Made by a program: the position numbers and the translations under genes. Shown here in pieces: positions 57,007 to 64,000 of a stretch of 64,000 nucleotides of DNA (position 1 is its first letter; each line of letters begins with the position of its first letter). Under the pieces are notes generated by a model, which saw nothing but the letters and a program-made list of their open reading frames with translations, was not told where the DNA came from and made no database searches. The stretch is from an uncultured bacterium (GTDB taxonomy: Bacteria; Acidobacteriota; Thermoanaerobaculia; Multivoradales; JAHZIX01), in assembly GCA_965368975.1 (NCBI GenBank), contig CBDUPA010000001.1, forward strand, positions 544,001 through 608,000, in the 5' to 3' direction.

Positions 57007-58143
57007 TCAGCAACCGGCCAGACGGCGCCCGAGATGGCTCAGGGCCGTCAGATTCGTCGGCTCTTCCGTCATCACAGGCACTTCCAGCACGTCGTGACGA
57101 CCCCCCAGTAGCTGGCGCAGGCGGCTCAGACCCTGATGGTCTCGCTCGCCCAGCCAGGCGAGCAGGTCGAGGCCGGTGAGGGAGAGGCCCGCTTCAGGAT
57201 TGGTTGTGCCGCGTTGCGGCAAGTCCCTGGGCAGGTCGAGTTGCGGGTCGAGTTGCGGGTCGAGGCATGGGTGCACGCGGTTGACCACCAGCGGTCCCAG
57301 ATGGTGACCGGCTTCCTGTAGCTTGCGGGTAAAGAAGAGTGTGTCCGGAATACGTTCCTCGCCGGGACCGGAGACCAGCGTGAAGCGGGTATCGGCGGAG
57401 CGCAGCAGCGCCTGGACGCCCTCGGCGCGCTGGCGGAAGCCCTCGTAGAGCGGGGCGAAGGCCTGGAAGAACTCGACCATGTCGCGCAGGAAGTCGAGTC
57501 CGATCAGCTGGTCGAGCGTACTTTCGACCTTGCGCCGCAGCGGCCCCCAGAGCTTCAATTGTCCCTCGGCGTCGAACCAAGGTCGCATTGCCGCCTTGAG
57601 TACGGTGCTATCCAGAAAGCCGACGATGCGCTGCGGCGCTTCCAGGAAGTCGAGGGCCTGGCGCGTCGGCGGCGTGTCGAGCACGATGCGGGAGTAAGCA
57701 CCGCGCCGGTGGACCTCGAACAGACGCTCGACCGCCATGTACTCGAGAATGCCCGCGAGTGAGCCGGAGAGGTGGTGGTAGTAGCGATTGTTCAGGATGC
57801 GCTGGCGTGCCTCGTGGTCTGGCGCGTAGCGGTCGACCAGGCCATCGAAGGTCGACTGCGCATCGAGCAGGCTGGCAGCCAGCCGCCCCGGTTCGGTACC
57901 GGTATTTGGCTCCGCATCTAGCAGAGAACTCAGGTCGACGTCGACTTCGCGCTCCTTGGCCTCTTCCCCGACGCCGAGGGCATCCTTGAGTCGGTGCGAT
58001 GGGTCGAAGGTCATCACCAGCGTGTCGTGCCCTTGTCGCGCGAGCTCAACGCCGATGGCCGCCGCCAGCGTTGTCTTGCCGACACCGCCGGAGCCGACTA
58101 CGACGAGCAGTGGGACGTCGAACAGCGCTTGTGCCGCCGTCAT
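57007..58143 (-). CDS. ArsA/Get3-family ATPase (subunit 2)
   Basis: GSGGVGKTT, TFDPSHRL, LDTPPT. Confidence 0.88.
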   Translation of the reverse strand: MTAAQALFDVPLLVVVGSGGVGKTTLAAAIGVELARQGHDTLVMTFDPSHRLKDALGVGEEAKEREVDVDLSSLLDAEPNTGTEPGRLAASLLDAQSTFDGLVDRYAPDHEARQRILNNRYYHHLSGSLAGILEYMAVERLFEVHRRGAYSRIVLDTPPTRQALDFLEAPQRIVGFLDSTVLKAAMRPWFDAEGQLKLWGPLRRKVESTLDQLIGLDFLRDMVEFFQAFAPLYEGFRQRAEGVQALLRSADTRFTLVSGPGEERIPDTLFFTRKLQEAGHHLGPLVVNRVHPCLDPQLDPQLDLPRDLPQRGTTNPEAGLSLTGLDLLAWLGERDHQGLSRLRQLLGGRHDVLEVPVMTEEPTNLTALSHLGRRLAGC

Positions 58144-59087
58144 GACGCCGCTCCGTCCGCGTCGTCGATGGAGGGCAGTGCTTCGATGCCGGCGAGCAGT
58201 TCCTGCCGCAGTGCGGCGACCAGCTCGGGTCCGCGCTCCAGTGGTAGCAAGGGTAGGCTCAGCTGAGGACCATCCCAGGCCGCCGCGAGCCGCCGCAGCT
58301 CACGTTCGTTGATGCGCCGGCGCCGGTGCCAGGCCGCCAGGGCCTCGTGGTTGGGCGAGTCAGCCGGCACATCGTCCAACCCTTCCGGCAACGGTGGGTA
58401 GAGGGCGTTCACCACCAGCAATTCCGGCTGCCGGCCCAGACGCTCGTCCATCGTGCGTCGCAGTTCTAGCGATTCCTGCACCGGCATCTCCTCGGCCAGT
58501 GCCACAACAACGATGCCCAGGCGCTGCGGATCGGCGACGAAGTCCGACAGATCGCGCGCCTTGCGGCCCACCGGCCCTTGTTGCAGTACTTCGGTGACCA
58601 GCAAGGGCGCCGCTAGCAGCGTGACCCCATGCCCGGTCGCTGGAGCGTCGAGAATCACGGTGTCGAAAGGACCGAGGCCGTCGTCTCCCCGCTCGCGAGT
58701 GCGTCGATCCGCGTAGTCGAGAATCGCCAGCTCCTTCAGCCCCGGCGCGCCTTCCGCGGTGTGGTGATATCCTGACGACTTGACGATCCGGTTGTAGACG
58801 AAGCCGTCTCCCATTTGATCGCGCACCAGCAGATCCAGGGCCTGTCGCGGCTTGAGGTTCTGCAGGTAAAGATGGCTACCTTGGTCGACCACATCGCCGC
58901 CGGACGGCGGCACCTGGAACAGCTGGTGGATGTTCTCGCGCGGGTCGATCTCGATGATCAGGACCGAGCGTCCGGCCTGCGTCAACGTCTGTGCCAACGC
59001 TGCCGAGACGGTCGACTTGCCGACACCTCCCTTGCCGGTGACGACGAGGAAGCTACGGTCGGCGAGCGAGTGGAGAAGGGGATGCAT
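58140..59087 (-). CDS. ArsA/Get3-family ATPase (subunit 1)
   Basis: GKGGVGKST, APGLKE, LDAPATGH, EEMPVQE; ATGA overlap with subunit 2. Confidence 0.88.
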   Translation of the reverse strand: MHPLLHSLADRSFLVVTGKGGVGKSTVSAALAQTLTQAGRSVLIIEIDPRENIHQLFQVPPSGGDVVDQGSHLYLQNLKPRQALDLLVRDQMGDGFVYNRIVKSSGYHHTAEGAPGLKELAILDYADRRTRERGDDGLGPFDTVILDAPATGHGVTLLAAPLLVTEVLQQGPVGRKARDLSDFVADPQRLGIVVVALAEEMPVQESLELRRTMDERLGRQPELLVVNALYPPLPEGLDDVPADSPNHEALAAWHRRRRINERELRRLAAAWDGPQLSLPLLPLERGPELVAALRQELLAGIEALPSIDDADGAAS

Positions 59088-59127
59088 GATGGCTTGCCGC
59101 GCGGCGTGTGAGCGTTACGTCAGGGAA

Positions 59128-59142
59128 TGCCGCGCTGCGGCA
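59128..59142. promoter_or_regulatory. Palindromic operator upstream of the ArsA pair, same motif as the phaR boxes
   Basis: TGCCGCGCTGCGGCA, just downstream of a possible minus-strand TTGCCC-N18-TACTCT promoter. Confidence 0.65.
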
Positions 59143-59233
59143 AGAGTATCGCAACGATCGAGGGTAGGGCAAGTCAGAAAACTGCGTAACTCAGGGGTGA
59201 GGCGGAGTGTGGGCATGGGGTACAGTGCATCCT

Positions 59234-60724
59234 ATGAGTACTCGCATCCGCATCGAAGACCGCAATCCCGACGGCCGTGGCCGTGGCTACGTCGGTAAGC
59301 CTCCCAACGCCAAGACGGTTCTCGTCTCGCAGGCTCACCCAGGCGAAGAGATCGCGCTGCGGCTCGACCGCAAGACGAAAGGGACGCTGCAAGGGCGAGT
59401 GCAGAAGCTGATCGAGCCGGATCTGCGCCGCATCCGGCACGACTGCCAGCACGAGTTCCACTGTACCGGCTGCCCGCTGCTGGCGGCGCATCCGGACGAG
59501 GAAGCGGGATTCAAGATGACTCGGGTACGGGCGGCGTTGCGGGATGCCGGGTTGCCGGAGAGTGACGAGGTCGTACAGCCGCTGGTGACGCCGGTGGGAC
59601 CCTTTCATTACCGGCACTATGCCAAGCAGGTGGCCGCGGTGCGGCGTGGCTTGGTGGTCTTGGGGTCCTATGTGGCCGGGACGCATCAGGTGGTGGACAA
59701 CTCGGGGTGCCCGGTTCTGGTGCCGGAGCTGGTGGTGTTGCTCGACGAGGTGGCGCGGCGGGCGACGGAGATGCGGCTGTCCGTGGACTACGCGCGGCGC
59801 GACGGGGAGGAGCAGACGGGATTGCGCTATGTCGTGGCGCGGCAGTCGCGGGCGACGGGTGAGCAGCTGCTGGTGTTGGTGACGTCGAACGAACACGTGG
59901 ACGCGGAACGAGACCTGGTCGACGGACTGCTCTTGGACTCGGCCTCCGTCTCCGGTCCCAAGCTGGTGGGGGCCTGCGTGCTGCGCAACCTGGGCGACGG
60001 CAATGTCTTGCTCGACGGTGACATCGTGTACCGCGTCGGTGCGGCCTTCCTGGTCGAGGAGCTAGCGGGATGTCGGCACCAGATCGGGCCGACGTCATTC
60101 TTCCAGATCAACCCGGCGGCCGCCGAGGTGTTGGTGCAGCGGGCGCTCGAGGATGCCCTGGGTGGGGTCCTCGATGGGGCAGCAGAGGAGGGTGAGCTGT
60201 GCCTGGAGGGCTTCGCAGGCGTCGGCGCTTTGACCTTGCCTTTGGCGCAGCGCTTCCGCAAGGTGCGCGCCGTGGAGGCGTCGTCCGAAGCGGTTGAACA
60301 TCTGCAGCGCGCTGCGGCTGAGCAGGGATTGGCGGACCGGCTGGAGGTTGCGACCGGCAAGGCGGAGGTGGTGATGCCGACCTGGCTGGCCGAGGCCGAG
60401 CCGTCGACGGTGGTGGTGCTCGACCCGCCACGCAAGGGGCTGGGCCCGAGACTGGCGTCGGCGCTGGCAGCGAGTCGGGTGCGGCGTGTGGTGCTGTTGT
60501 CATGTCAGCCCTCGACTCTGGCGGCGGATCTGCCGCCGCTGCGCGCAAGCGGCTTCGAGGTGATCCGCGTGACGCCGATCGACCAGTTTCCGCGCACCGG
60601 GCATGTCGAAACCGTGACACTCCTCGAACGGCCGATGGAGAACGGCGCGGCCAGCGGGTCCTCCGTCGAGTCCCCTGTCGGGTCCCCTGTCGAGGAGGGC
60701 TCTCGGGGCTTGTCTGGAAGCTGA
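59234..60724 (+). CDS. rlmD: 23S rRNA (uracil-5)-methyltransferase RlmD/TrmA family
   Basis: TRAM-like N-terminus, C.H...CTGC Fe-S motif, SFFQIN, LDPPRKG, LSC.P.TLA.D, DQFPRTGHVE. Confidence 0.88.
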   Translation: MSTRIRIEDRNPDGRGRGYVGKPPNAKTVLVSQAHPGEEIALRLDRKTKGTLQGRVQKLIEPDLRRIRHDCQHEFHCTGCPLLAAHPDEEAGFKMTRVRAALRDAGLPESDEVVQPLVTPVGPFHYRHYAKQVAAVRRGLVVLGSYVAGTHQVVDNSGCPVLVPELVVLLDEVARRATEMRLSVDYARRDGEEQTGLRYVVARQSRATGEQLLVLVTSNEHVDAERDLVDGLLLDSASVSGPKLVGACVLRNLGDGNVLLDGDIVYRVGAAFLVEELAGCRHQIGPTSFFQINPAAAEVLVQRALEDALGGVLDGAAEEGELCLEGFAGVGALTLPLAQRFRKVRAVEASSEAVEHLQRAAAEQGLADRLEVATGKAEVVMPTWLAEAEPSTVVVLDPPRKGLGPRLASALAASRVRRVVLLSCQPSTLAADLPPLRASGFEVIRVTPIDQFPRTGHVETVTLLERPMENGAASGSSVESPVGSPVEEGSRGLSGS

Positions 60725-60757
60725 AAAGATGTACAATGGGTCTGTCCTTGGAAGACT

Positions 60758-63437
<2,680 letters not shown>

Positions 63438-63463
63438 TCGACCTTCACCAACTGAGTTGAGAT

Positions 63464-63494
63464 ACGGCGGTGTGGCCTTGGGCTGCGCCGCCGT
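63464..63494. terminator. Hairpin between the convergent katG and phosphatidyltransferase genes
   Basis: ACGGCGGTGTGGCC-ttg-GGCTGCGCCGCCGT (with G-U pairs). Confidence 0.6.
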
Positions 63495-63533
63495 TCTCGC
63501 TATGGGCCGTTCCAGGTACCGGTCCCCATTTGG

Positions 63534-64000
63534 CTACCGGCCAGTTTCCAGCTGCGCGCTGCGGTGCTGTCGGTGGTAGGCCCACAGACGCTGAGCAGCC
63601 GTGAACAGCGTCAGGACGGTGTAGGTCCATGCTAGCGCTGTGAACCAGCCGGGCACGAGCGCCATGACGAAGATCAGCAGGAAGCTCTCCGGTCGCTCGA
63701 TCAGGCTTGGCAGGTCGGCGTAGCCCTTGTGATTCCGGGTGCGCGTGAAGACACTGAGGATCAGGTAGGTGCTCATGTTGATGTAGAGGCTACTCAGCAT
63801 GGCCAGGGTCTCCCAGCCTCGTTCTGCCGGGGCGACGCTGAAGAGGCCGACTAGCAGGGCGGTATCAACGAAGCGATCGGCGATCGAGTCGAGGACGGCG
63901 CCGCTTTCGGATTGCACACCCGTGCGCCGGGCCAGGGCTCCGTCGAGACAATCCAGGTAGCCGGTCAGCAGGATCAGCACCAGGGCTGTGGCATGGTGGT
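63534..64000 (-). CDS. CDP-alcohol phosphatidyltransferase family protein, 3' part (start outside the window)
   Basis: DCLDGALAR...G...D...D motif; IERPE. Confidence 0.88.
   Translation of the reverse strand, partial: HHATALVLILLTGYLDCLDGALARRTGVQSESGAVLDSIADRFVDTALLVGLFSVAPAERGWETLAMLSSLYINMSTYLILSVFTRTRNHKGYADLPSLIERPESFLLIFVMALVPGWFTALAWTYTVLTLFTAAQRLWAYHRQHRSAQLETGR

Overview
High-GC bacterial chromosome segment. The gene repertoire (ECF sigma / Ser-Thr kinase pairs, KKKL-x-L-x-RETL leader peptides, a PKD-reprolysin with characteristic C-terminal repeats, tricorn protease) suggests Acidobacteriota, possibly Thermoanaerobaculia; this is inference only. Region 1-27.5 kb is accessory and signalling-rich. 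It holds three intact ECF sigma/kinase pairs plus one collapsed pair, secreted proteins, a secreted PSD-family decarboxylase, an orphan contractile-injection-type sheath gene, and a lanthipeptide-like precursor with a LanC cyclase but no dehydratase. Region 27.5-33.5 kb is housekeeping (proS, cbpA/dnaJ, clpB). Region 33.5-36.3 kb has an integrase-less integron cassette remnant carrying a low-GC NTD-SEFIR-TIR gene, then a second, unannotated 57-aa lanthipeptide-like precursor. Region 36.5-54 kb has secreted proteases, a ~1935-aa kinase-STAND ATPase-TPR-double peptide-binding-domain protein, and a transporter. Region 54-64 kb has a PHA granule locus (arsA-like pair, phaR, phasin, patatin) with shared palindromic operators, then rlmD-like, fur-katG and a partial CDP-alcohol phosphatidyltransferase. 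No rRNA, tRNA or CRISPR array was seen. All family calls come from motif recognition by eye; no searches were run.
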